Below are positions 39,482 to 52,166 of a stretch of 63,842 nucleotides of DNA, piece after piece. Numbering within the stretch: the stretch's first letter is position 1; each line of letters begins with the position of its first letter. Under the pieces are notes generated by a model that saw only the letters and a program-made list of their open reading frames with translations, was not told the DNA's origin and did no database searches. Source of the stretch: Geosiphon pyriformis uo1 (lineage: Eukaryota; Fungi; Glomeromycota); assembly GCA_016748015.1 (NCBI GenBank), contig JAAOMT010000303.1:1-63842 (forward strand). Direction: 5' to 3'. Both the position numbers and the translations under genes were made by a program.

Positions 39482-41310
39482 AACTTTTGTTTTCTTAATT
39501 TTATAATCACAATTAAAGCAAAGAATAAAAAAGCTATAACTAATATCTTTTCTTTGATATCTTATAAAATTTTAACTAAAAAAGTTTTTTTTGTTGTAGA
39601 AATAACTAAACAAAATATTTTAGAAGTTTTTTTTTTAGTTAATAATAGTAAAAAACTGTTTTTAGTGGTTATTAAAACAACTTTTTTATCTTTGGTTGGT
39701 TTTTTACCAGTTAAAGTTTTCTCAAAGAGACACATTTGGATTAATTTCAATATTGCTTCCATTTCATATAAAAATCCAAAAATTTTTAATAACAGATTAA
39801 TTAATAAGCTGATCTTCTTTTTTATAGTTTTTACACTTGATGTTTTTAGTATTATTTTTTTAAATAAAATAGTTAAAAAGACCAAAAACTTAAAAAAGTA
39901 AAAACAGTTACTTGCCTTTGCTATTGTTATATTAAACTCTTTTGTGATTTCAAATAAGATCTTAGATAAAATTTCTATTGCATTATTTAACATATTATTT
40001 AATATAAACTAAAATTAACTACTAATTGTATTGCCAAATGTGGTTTTTTCTAACAAATTATTGCCAGTTTTAAAAATAAAACAACAGTTTTCTATTAAAT
40101 TATCTGTTTTTGATAACTAGATTAATCAAATAGAAACTAAATTAATTTCTTTTTTAGTTTTTAATGCTGTTACTAATAATACTTAAAAAACTATTATTAG
40201 TTATCAAAGATTTATTAAGTAAGTAATTTCTACTTTGGTGTTTGATGCCATTTTCAAGATTAAATTAGTTTATGTTAAAACTATTTTTCAGTTTATACAT
40301 GATTTTTTAGATGTAAAATTAGTATTAAAAGACAATATAAAGCTTTTTTGTATGGAATTTGCTTTACAAAGATCTTTAGAAACTGTATTTTTTGGTTAAG
40401 CTTCCAAAATTTGTTTACTTAACTACTCTTAAAATTGTCAAATATTTGATAGTTTCTGAATTTGGTTCTTCCTTTGCTGCTGTTGTTTTGTGTAATATAT
40501 TTTTAGATATATTTGTTGCTAATATTAAAATAGCATTTAATATTTTTAATGAAATTGCTTATATTGTACTAAAACCTACTGGTATTTAATAATATATTGT
40601 TATTTATTTTAAAAAACTAAATATTATTGTGTCTGCTTTAATTTATTAATTAATATTAATAGACAAAAATAGTATTAAGATTTTTTTTTGGTTAATCAAA
40701 ATAAAACTATTTTGTTTTATAATAAATTTAAGACTAAGTTGATCAACTTTTTTTTTGGTTGTACTGTCTTTGAAATCAGTAATATAATTTCTTAAGTCAG
40801 TAATCAAACTTGTTTTATTCTTTGCTTTTTTAATTTTGGTTACTGTTTTTAGTTTGCTCTGGTTATGTTTGAATCTTAAACTAATTTGAATACTGTAATA
40901 GTTAAAACTAATATACCAAGAAAATACTATATTTGGTAAGAGACTTCTGATTGTTGGCATTGTTTTAAGTATTAAAAAGTAAGCTATTTGGCTATAAACT
41001 ATAAGATGTTTCCACTTTTTTTTTCTAAGAGTTCCAAAATTCTTAAAGTGTTTACACCACATTTTATAAGTGCTAAGTTTTATGCCAAAGCTTTTGCTCC
41101 TTTAAGCTTTTTTGAATTTTTATCTCTAATAACTTCTGTCTTTTTTTTGTAGTTGTTGGTGATTTCTTGGTGTTTTCATGATTAGCTTCTTTGGAATCTG
41201 ATTTAGCCAAACTTTCTGCATTAATTGAATCAATTATTAAGCTTATTAGCTTTTTGGTTGCTATATTTGAACAATTCATTAATGGTAATTTGGTTTTGAA
41301 TAGTGTATTT
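39482..41310 (+). mobile_element. ORF1-only element, 3'-truncated
   Basis: Colinear with 26791-28615. Homology stops at ~41310, where the minus-strand Gypsy relic begins. Confidence 0.88.
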
Positions 41311-44300
41311 AAATTTTTTTATAGTTTTAAATTGATTTTTTATTTGGATAATATTATTTTTTTTTTTTAAAATTAAGCTTCTACAAAATTGTATATATCT
41401 TCAGAAATTGTTTTTTTGGTATAGTATTCAATTATTATGTTAAGTATTGTTTTTTGTAGTACTTTAAACTGAAAATTTGTTTTTTATTTTATGTTATTAA
41501 TTATAATAAACTTTAGTAAATTGTCTAATAGTATGATTAAACAATATTTAAATGCTAAATATAGTCAATATGTTATCTTGTAATATAATATTTAAGTTGT
41601 TTTTTTTTGACAAATTTTTTTATTTGTTTAAGAGCTTTTTTGTTGAACATTTATTTGTTAATGTCTAAATATAATATTTGTAAATTTAGTCTTTTGTCAA
41701 TTTTAAAAAACCAATATATTAATAGAAGTTTTTTTTCTATATTTTGAAAATTTTAAAAATTCACTTTTTTGTGTTTGATTTTATTGCTAAGTTGTTTAAA
41801 ACTTCTTTAATTTTTTTAAGTATCTAAATACACACATATTTTTTCTTAATTATTTGTAGAGATAAAAATATTCAGTTTTAGTTAAATTTTTGTTCATCTT
41901 TTTTTTGTTTGTATTTTTGTATTATATTATTTTTTTATCAATTGTAATTTTTATTGATGTTGTAAATTGTTAATTTGTTTCAAATAGTTGTAAAAGTTTT
42001 AAGATTTTGTTTAAGGAGTTTATACTAAAAGTATTGTTAACTTTTTTTCTTATCTTTTTAGTATTTATATATTTATTTTATATGATTCAAATTTTTGTAT
42101 GTGAATTATATTTAATAATAATAATTAATTTTAAATTTTATGGTATATTTTTAAATTTAATTAATAAAATTTGTGTTTTAATTAAAATATAATAACAATA
42201 ATTTTTGTGTTATATAATAAAGTTTTAAATAATTTCTATATATGGTTTTCTTTAAAATTTTGTTTTTTAATCATAGTTTATAAGTTCTATTGTTCAGAAT
42301 TTTGTATATGTAAAATAGTTTATTTTATTTTAAGTTAAATTTTTTATTTCACTGTTTTTTAGTTTTAATACAATATAATAATATTTGGTCTTCAATTTTG
42401 AATTTAACTAGTTAATTTAATATGTTTTTTTTTTATTCTTTTTAAGAACTACTAATATTGTTAACTGCTATTTTATAATTGTTTTTTAGTGTTTCTATAA
42501 ACTAATATATTTTTTGGTATAAAATAACTTTAAAGTTCTCTTTAGTAATTGTTTCTATTGAATAAAGATATTTTTGGTTTAATAAACAGTGTAGTTTTTC
42601 TTCTATAAATTAGTTTAAATAGTGTAAACTAAGTAGTATTTTGTTTTAATATTTTATATGTAATAGTATTAAAGATATAAATAAGTCTTATTTTTGTGTA
42701 TTTTTGTAACTTATTTTTATTAATACTTTATATAATATTTAGTTAAATTATTTTATTAATTTATTTGTCTAAAAATAATATAAAGATGACAAAAATTGTT
42801 TTATTCCAAATTATTGGCTTAATTTTATTAGAATATTGTTAATAAAATAAATTTCTTAATTGAATAATAATTTTTTTGGGCATTCATATTTGCAGATAAG
42901 ATTTTAGTATACAAAATCAGCTATTATTTTGGCATTTACAATTGAGATGATTCAAACTTCTGGTTATTTTATAAAATAATTTACAATTACTACAATATAT
43001 TAATTTTTTTTATAATAATCAAAAAAAATCCAACCAAATCAATTCTAATTTTATTAAATGAATATTTAACTAAAATAGCTCAAAGTAATTTTATTATTTT
43101 GGCATTTTTTTTTTTAAAAAAAAATTATAATTAAAACATATTTAAAGATATTTTTATATATTGTTGACTAATAATATAGTTTAATTGTTTTTTTTAAGAT
43201 AACATTTTTGTTGAAATGTTTTGCTGTTGAATTAGAGTATATATTAAACAAGACAAATTCTTTTTTAGTATTTTTTATAATTTATTGTGATATAATATAG
43301 TTTTGGTGTTCTTATTAATATAATTAATTATTGTAAAAAAATTATTTTTGAATTTGTTTTTGTATAGTACTTTGTTTCTGTTAAGATATTTTTTTCTTGA
43401 ATTGAAATGTTAACAATTATTGATATAATTGTTAGTAGATAGTTGTATTTATTGATACAAAATTAAATTTAAGTTATTTTCAACAAGCTGTTAGCATTAA
43501 TGTTTTTAGCTCTTTTTTTATAATACACTTTATATAAAAATTGTTGTAAATAAATACTTTATTTTATATATTTTTCTTTAAGTTAAAATTTACTAAGTAA
43601 TTAAACAAGTTTTTTATAATTAGTATATAGATTGAATAATTGATAAAAGTAATATTTCTAGTTTTGTACAACTTAGTAAATAGTAAAACACTCTAAGTTT
43701 GTAATATTATATATTTTTTTGGTTGTACTAATGCTTTACTGGCATAAACAATAGAATATTCTTTATTATTTGGCTCAATTTAAGATAAAACTATTCTAAG
43801 AACATTTTTTAATACATCAATGGCTATAATAAATTGTATATTAAAATCTAAGTATATTAAAATTAAGATTTTAATTAGTTGGCATTTGAAATAGTTAAAG
43901 GCTTCTTGTTGTTTAATTTTCTACATATATGACACATGTTTTAAGAGTAAAAAATAAAAAAGTTTGGCAATATTCAAAAAACTTTTAATAAAGTAACAAT
44001 AATATTCAGCAAGTCTTAAAAATTCTCATAGTTTATAAAAATTGGTTAAGACCAAAAATTTTTTAATTTTTTAGACTTTGTTTAAATCTGGTTTTATTCT
44101 ATTTTTTCAATAATATGTTTTAAAAATTTAAGCTTGGTTTTTCTAAAAAAACATTTATTAAAGTTAAGTTTTAATTCGGTATTTTGAAGACAATTAAAAA
44201 CTTATTGAAAATAAAGTAGATAATTATCAAATGTTTTTGAAAATATATTAGTGTTATTTAAATAGACAACAATTAATTTCCATAAAATTTTCTTATATAT

Positions 44301-47300
44301 AATATTTATTAAGAATTAAAAAGTGGTTGAAATATTGCAAAGTTCAAAAAATATTATGTTAAACTTAAAGTTTTTATTTTGGGTGATAAAAATAGTCTTT
44401 TTTTTGTTGATTGAATTTATTTTAACTTGCTAATATTTACTGGTCAAGTCTAATAAAAAGAACTATTTATTGTTTTTTAAATTGTTTAAAATTTTCTGAA
44501 TTAAAAAAGTTAAATAGCTATTTTTTTGGATAATACTATTAAGTTTTTGATAATTAACACAAAAACAAAATTTTCCATTCTTTTTTATGATCAAAATAAC
44601 AAGTAATAATTATAGACTTAATGATTTTTTTATTAAGCTATTATTTAACTTTACTATACTTTCTGTTTAATTGGATTGTTTTTATCTAAAGTGACTTAAT
44701 ATGTTTATTGTTTAATAAGTTTGGTATTTTTAGTATTAATCTTATGTTTCATAATATTGGTACATTTGAATTTATTTTTACTGGCAAAGATATTAGCATA
44801 TTAGTTCAAAAGAACTTTAAGTTGCATTTGTTAAAGAGTACTTAAATTTTTTAAGTTTAGTTTATTAATTTTTTTTGTAGTAAATAAGTAGCTTTTTTTT
44901 AACAAATTTTATATTTGCAAAATAATATTACAAAATAAAAACAGTTATGTAAAGTTAAAAATTAATTAAAACTTTTTAGAATCTTAAATATTTAAGATAA
45001 TAGAACTAATAAAAGTTTTTTTAAAAATTTCAATAATATTTTCTATAAAATTGTAGATAAAAATTTTGAACTTTAACGAATATATAAAGATTTACAATAT
45101 TTATTATATAACAAATTTTTGGAGCAGTTTTAAATAACAAAGCTTAATTTTAAATGCTTTATTTCACTTTTATTATGTATTGTTAATATGTTAAAATTAA
45201 AATTACTATATTAGTATAAATAAGTTTTATCTTATTATTAATGTTTTCTATAAAATTAACTTGTATATTTATTTTTACTAAACTTAAATTCTTGAATTTT
45301 TAAATAATAAAACCTAATTTTTTTTATGTTATTATTAAAGTTAGTTAAGAAATTTTTATAAAAAATAGAAAAATAACTTAAGCAATTTTTTCTTATAATT
45401 TGATTATATAAGACTTATTAGAATTGTTTTAAAGTATTATAATAATATTTTTAGTATATTTAGCATCAATTATTTTTTTTAATATCAATTTTTTTGTTTA
45501 TAAGACTAGATTAAAATATAATTTAAACTATAATATTAATATTAATTTTTAAAGCTAATTTAAAATTGATTTTTATAAAAAAATAAGATATTATAACTAT
45601 AGAAAATTGTTTAAAGTATCTTAAATTAAATCCAGGATTATTTACATATGCTTTTTTAGAACATATTTTTTTATTGTTATTATTGTATTATTTTAGTTTT
45701 AATTTTTTAGAAAAATTAGAATAGGCAAAATATTATTCTATTTTAATAATCATATTTGACTCTTTAAATATTATGTTTTTTGTTGTTAATACATATTTTT
45801 TCTTGAATTTTTCGAGTTCAAAAATGGAGTAGAGTGTTTATAAGAGTAATTTAAACCAAAAATTATATTTATTATAGTATTAAAAGTGGCAGAAAATTAA
45901 ACAATAATTGCATAATTTGGTGTTAAGATTAGTCAGTTTTTGTTTTTGTTTTTCTCAAGTAAAAACAAACTCTTAGTAATGTTTTTAAATACTTTAAAGT
46001 TATCAATAAACAAATTATCCATTTTTCTAACTGTTATTTAAGCATTTTTAATGGCATATATTTTTACAACAGTGGTTTTTTTTTATTTTATTATGACTAT
46101 TTTCCAGATTTTATCTTTATTATAGAGATATAAATCTAACTAATTAATTGCTCAACTATAAACAATAGTAAAAAAAATTTCTTTACAGATTCAATTATTA
46201 ATAAGAATAGTATATTAGCAGAATTTGTTACATGTTTTTTTTTTACCAAAAATATTATTTTATGGTTTTTTATTTAGTGAGATTTTGCTATATACAAGAC
46301 ATAATATGTTATTTTATTTGTTTTGCCATTTTGGTTACTTAAATTGTTTTAGTATACAAAAGTGGCAATAGTTTTTGGTAATAATTAGCTATACTTTATT
46401 ATTTTTTATACATATATCTATTGAAAATAACTTTTTTTTACAATTTATACAGATTAATTTTAAGAAATAATAAGACTGATTTTTTTAATTTAGAAGTATA
46501 TAAATAGATATTGATATTTGTAATTTTTTTTTACTTTTCTTTTATTTATTTTTTTCAAGTAGATAGTAATAGTAGTGTTGTATTAAGATTATTAATCAAA
46601 AAATTTAATATGTTTTTAAGATTGGCTGAGTTACAAATTCTTTAAATTTGATAAAATATTTTTTAGTAATAATTGTTTTAAAATGTTTACAGATAACAGA
46701 AATTTAAGTATATTAGTCATTAAATAAAATTTAAAGCTTCTGTATATTTTAATCAAAAATAGTATAAGCTTTGGTCAACCAGTTATTGTCAATTAAAGCT
46801 TAATATTAAATTATTTCTATTATCAAAACTTTAGTAAAAATTATGATTCTATTAATATTAAAGGAAAAATTATTAATTTTTCCAATTAGTGTTTTAGTGT
46901 TTTTGTTAGTCATAATAATCTTAGCAGTAATAATTTAATCAACTTGATGATTTAATTAATTTATAAGTGTTTTATAATTATTCTGTTTGTTAATTTACTG
47001 TTAAGTATTAGTTTATTGTTTATTTATTTTATTTTAATATTAGTATATATTGTTATGATTAGTTTGTTTTGGTTAATAACAACTTTACTAAAAAAAATTA
47101 AAAGTATTTAAACTGTTTATATTAATAAAAATATGGCTACAAGTATTTTATTTTCAATAATTATGGCTAAAAAAATTATATTAGAAATGGTCTGATTGTT
47201 GTTAAAAAAAATTGATAATTTTAATTATAGCTTTTTCTTTTAAAAATATAGTATTATCAAAATCTGAAGTTTTCATAAAACCAAGATATAAAATCTGGTT

Positions 47301-47369
47301 TGAATATTTTGTTAATATTGCTTAGAATAGTAAGTAGTTATGATTTAAGTTTTAAAATAGTACTGTAAA
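41310..47369 (-). mobile_element. Decayed dUTPase-bearing Gypsy relative (pol part)
   Basis: On the reverse strand: LICKYECP (~42876-42900, IN), K*PEV (~42950-42968), RT region ~44000-44800, AYVNNPGFNLRY (~45615-45650, dUTPase motif 1) and ALIDNNWLTK (~46770-46800, PR). No LTRs were recognised. Confidence 0.8.
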
Positions 47370-47504
47370 TTTTTTTTTTTATTAACATTTAACGAGCGAA
47401 ATCCAAACACTGCCTAGTGCAATACATCATACAAATGATCTAAACTAGGTGTGAATCATGCATTATTTACACGTGACCAGCCACTCGAACCAATCAGGAC
47501 AACA

Positions 47505-50500
47505 CTAAGCACCTATATGAACAGAAATCTCATCTCCTATGTCTGAAAAAAACAAACAAGACTTACGGAATCCAAAACCAACACCAATCACCTCAGCAAC
47601 ACCCAGCAGCCGAGTCACACCAGATGACAGCCCTAAAGAAAGCCCAGAAATTGAGACAGGAACTGACCCATCACACGGAATAAGCTCATTCTTTTCCATA
47701 AAAGCACGGTGCTTGGCATGAACCAACCAAATGTCTTCCCAAAAAGCCAAACTAAACTCACGCACAAAGGCCACAATGTTCTGACCTGCTATCCTGAAAT
47801 CCTTGAAGACAGAAACAGACTCACGAAACCAATCCTTGAAAACAAAACCTTTGCATAGAGCAGTACTAACTGAAATGTCAGATACACAAGTAGACATCAG
47901 CTGCGAGACACCTGAGGAAGAATAAGCCAAACCAGAGCACACACCCCAAACTGCTGCATGAGTGTCCAACAACTGAGCACGATTGGCATCAAATGAACAA
48001 GAAAACACATGGTCTGAGACCTCGACATCACTGCAAAACAAACACATCACACTGGGATATCACTTATCATAAAGCCACTTACGCATGGTGACAGGGAGCC
48101 GATGGTGCAATGTCTTCATAAAGTAAGTCCGGAAACCAGCAGCCATGTGAAAATCTGGATGCCAAACCAGTGACGACCTAAACCAATCAATATCTGTATG
48201 CAGACTATCTGCCACCACCCCCATACCACAACTGGTTTCCCAATGTGCATGATGAACTGACCGAAAAATATCCCGAACAAAATGTCTAGAATTACCAGAA
48301 ATGGCTGCTCTCCCATCCCTAAGATAGCATTCATTGACAGAATGAGGCAGATGCCAACCAGAGAAAGCTGCAGCCCTGGCCAACTTATTAGCTTGTTTAT
48401 TGCCTAAAACTCTTGAGTGTCCTTTTACCTTATACCAATTAACTTTTAAATTCTTACAACAAATAACATTAACAATATGGTGGCATTCAATCCAACACCG
48501 ATTCCTAAAATCTGGGCAAACCAATTTCATTTCCAATCTGCAAGCATTCAAAGCAGCCTGACTGTCCAAGAACAAGTCGACCGAGTGAGAAGAAGAGACG
48601 CACTCAAGCGCTAGAGCAATAGCCTGCAGTTTCGTCAAGGTAGAAGACATCAAACCAGATACCCCCACACCCAAACCTATACCAATGTTCTCAAAGAAAA
48701 CAGCAGCCCCAGCTTTCATATCAACAGTCTCTAAATCACTTAGAGATCCATCTGTGTAAACGGAAAAACAACCAACATTAGAATTGAATAAACCAGCGCC
48801 AATGACACCAAACTCATGAGACCGAAGAACATCCGAAGAGCCACGATCAGCCAAAAGTATAGAGCAGACAGGAAGAGAAGACACGCCACCAAGAAAACAA
48901 ACTAACAGCTCAAACCAGACAGGAACCAGACCATGTGGGTCTAACCGCTTCCACTGTTTGAAGGTCTTCCACTCGAAAACAGTCCTATTTCGGTCCTGTA
49001 ACTGGTCTATGAAAGCAATCTTATAACGCTGAAGTGAAGAGACACTCTTGACATAATTTGATTCACCAAGAACAAGAGACATAGGGGTTCCACTCTGACA
49101 ACGAAAAGTGCTAGTCAGAGAGCCATCCAATGACAAATCACACCCAGAGAAAATATGCACCATACCTGCCAGAAAATTGTTTAAAGGATTGACTTTGACA
49201 CAAACTGGACACTGCAATAGATGTAGTGGGTGCCAGCAGAGGACCTGTAGATCATGTGACTGGTGAGAAAATAGACACCCCAAAATCCCAATAGAGTTTG
49301 CGAAAGAAACGACCGAAGCCAACTTGCTCTCAGCTTGAACTTGCTTAAAAGTCTTCAAACTATACAGAGAGGAATAATGAATCGCATCATTGGGGAAATC
49401 ACGTGGCAAACCAAACTTAGATCTCAAGCCCTTACGAATCAAAGTGTCCCACTTTCTACAAGAACTAATAGAAATGTAACTGAACTGTGTTCTATATCCA
49501 ATAATAGGAAAGAAAACCACCGAAACCAAATATAAAAGTTGCTTATCAGATACTGTTTTTTTCAGGACTAAATTAGAAAAAAACCGGACATCAGTATGCG
49601 CCTTAGCCAAACTAGGCTTCGAAAGACCCTCAGTTGACAAATAGATTCCCAAATAGTGATGCGATTCTCCCTTCTTGGCGATAGAAATAGGTGACCCGCT
49701 GATCAGCAAAGAGAAAGCCGTACCATCACAATTAATGGGGATGGCAACAGTCTTATCATTATTAATCAAGATGTCATTGATATTGAAAAATTCACTAGCA
49801 ACATTGAGAATGTGTTGTGTGGCACTTTGACTGCTGCCAACCCATATAGTATCATCAACAAAGACATCCGCTGTAAAAAATGAAGATACACCAGCCCGAG
49901 ACTCAGCACGATCACATCCAGAAATAAAATGAGAATTCAATCTATAGCCACACCCATCCACCTGTCTCTTAACTTCACACAAAAGGTGGTCATAAAATAT
50001 GCACCAGAGGAATGGTGAGAACACCTCCCTCTGGTCCAAGCCATCATGCACCATGTACCCATCTGTCAAACCAAAATCTGTCATAACTCTGTTAACGTGA
50101 CCACTGTGGATGCCACCAAAGAACCTAATGAACCTGCTACACATCTTTATCCTAACCAAACTGTCCTGAAAATGTTCCCACCCAACAGAATCATAAGCCT
50201 TCCGCATGTCTTGCAAGACCAACCAGAGCTTACGATTCTTCTCCAAAGCATTCTTAATAACCAAACCAATGGCAAAAATAGGAGACTGTGTTGTCATACC
50301 CTTTAAAACCGAAAAATTGTCCCTATGCAGAACATCAAAAGTACTACAAGCCAACGAGATCCTATTTGAAAAAATCTTGGAAAGAATCTTGTGGGCAGTT
50401 TCAATTAAGGCAATAGGTTGGGTGTTCATAAGAACCCCTTCCCACTCATACGGCTTAGGAATCATTGAGACCCAGGCTTCCTTTCAAGCACTAAGTATTG

Positions 50501-52166
50501 ACTCACGAATCAAACAAGAATTTAAAAGCACCAAAAGCATGTCCAAAATTGATCTGTCACAGTGTTTCCAGAGCTCATTCAAAATCCCAGAAAAACCAGC
50601 AGCCTTGCCCTCAGGCAGACCAGAAACTACACTGAACAACTCATTGAAACCAACATGACACATTACACCAGAAAATGCACTATCGAAAACATACTCCAAA
50701 GACTTGTACTGGCGAGACCAAATATCGGAGATATCTGGCACCACCTTGCACTTCCTGGTCCAGTCTTCCATGATCCCATCCACCCTAGCCTTGACTGAGC
50801 TGGGCTCCAAAATCAACTCGTCACCCACAACCAGATGATCCAGTACCACTTTGCGAAAGGGACACTCCAAAACACTCCTGATAGTGTGACCCTTGTCTGA
50901 TTCGAAACTTCCCATTCTTCTATTAATAGCCGCCCTGATACAGGATTCCTTAACACGTTTGGATTCCAGCAACTTAGCAGAGCGATAAGACTTCCTTGCC
51001 TTAGCCAGAGCCGAGCAAATCTTGTCAAAACTGGAGCTTGAAAGAAATAAAGACTTCACCACTGAAGCACTATTGACATCAAGCTTCTCCCATGTATTCA
51101 ACAATGATGCAAATTCCACACTAGACAACAAACAAGATGCCTTAACCAGCTTGAATACCAGCAACTCAAGCTTGTGAAACCTAGAAGAACTCTTAGTAAA
51201 AACCTCATCATAACCCTTAAACCATTTCTTTTTGAATGTTCCAACTGCTGAGAGAACCATTACTTTGCATACAATGTCCCACATAGCATCCAAATCTGAA
51301 AATTCCGCAGAAGCAGCGAAATCACTTGAGAACATTAAGCCATTGGCCAACGTAGCATCCTTAAAATTGTTCTACTCTTTCTCGCCAGCATTCCTGAAAT
51401 CAAACTTCCAATGATTTTTATTAGCCTGCTTGCATATCGAATTCAGCTAAGAGTCAAGCAAGCCACCTAAACCCACAGAAACAAAAACAGCCTTATGATT
51501 AGTATCAAAAAAATCCTTGACCCCAGTCACACCACGATCCATCACAGCATTGACCAAGCTCAAAGAGATGAACATATAGTTAATGGTCTTGACAACACCA
51601 CAAGAGTTACCCCATGTCAGTGTCTTTGTAAGCACACTTTCACCCAAGGCATTAACCAGACCCAGATCAAAGCACTTTTTGAAACTGGCACTCTTACAAA
51701 CACCATCCTTATTGAAGTCGCCACCCAAGACCACAAAAGAAGATTCATTTACCACCTTAGCAATCAAAGAATTGATGTCGCCAGCCTGTGAGAATCGGAC
51801 ACTTGAAGAGGCACCAGCATAGAGACCCAAAACAGAAACCGAAAGTTTATTTTTGAAGAGAAGTCTGATGGAGAGGAGCTGGCTGGGCACTTCAGAAACC
51901 TTGAAAATGTGTCTTGCCAAAGAAGAATTCATGACAATTAACACCCCAGCACCCGAAGAAACAGAATCCAGACCAGAAGTAAAAACCTGAACACCATCAA
52001 ATTTGTTGGCCAACCATGGACAAACTTTCCCTTTAAGCTTTGACTCAGTGAAAATAGAAACTAAATTGCCCATATTCCTATGCCAACAAATGATATCATC
52101 TTGCTTTACAGGATTGTTCAACTCACGAACATTACGCGTAGCAATTTTTCATACCAGACCACTCAT
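47505..52166 (-). pseudogene. LINE ORF2 polyprotein
   Basis: APE: KIATRNVRE, TESKL, GGDFN, FDTNH. RT: LQDMRKAYDSV, GLDQREVFSP, FVDDT, YLGI. RNase H: VYTDGS, LQAIALAL, DSQAAL, KVKGHS..GNKQANKLA. C-terminal CLFC...HVFSC. Confidence 0.95.

Noticed and set aside
47420-47465. SECIS-like ATGA...TGA in the tail
   Set aside because: The intervening sequence does not form the required helix with an apical AA. In-frame TGAs are explained by transitions.
47478-47496. tRNA A/B-box-like TGGTTCGAGTGG in the shared tail (tRNA or SINE origin)
   Set aside because: There is no cloverleaf and no correctly spaced second box.
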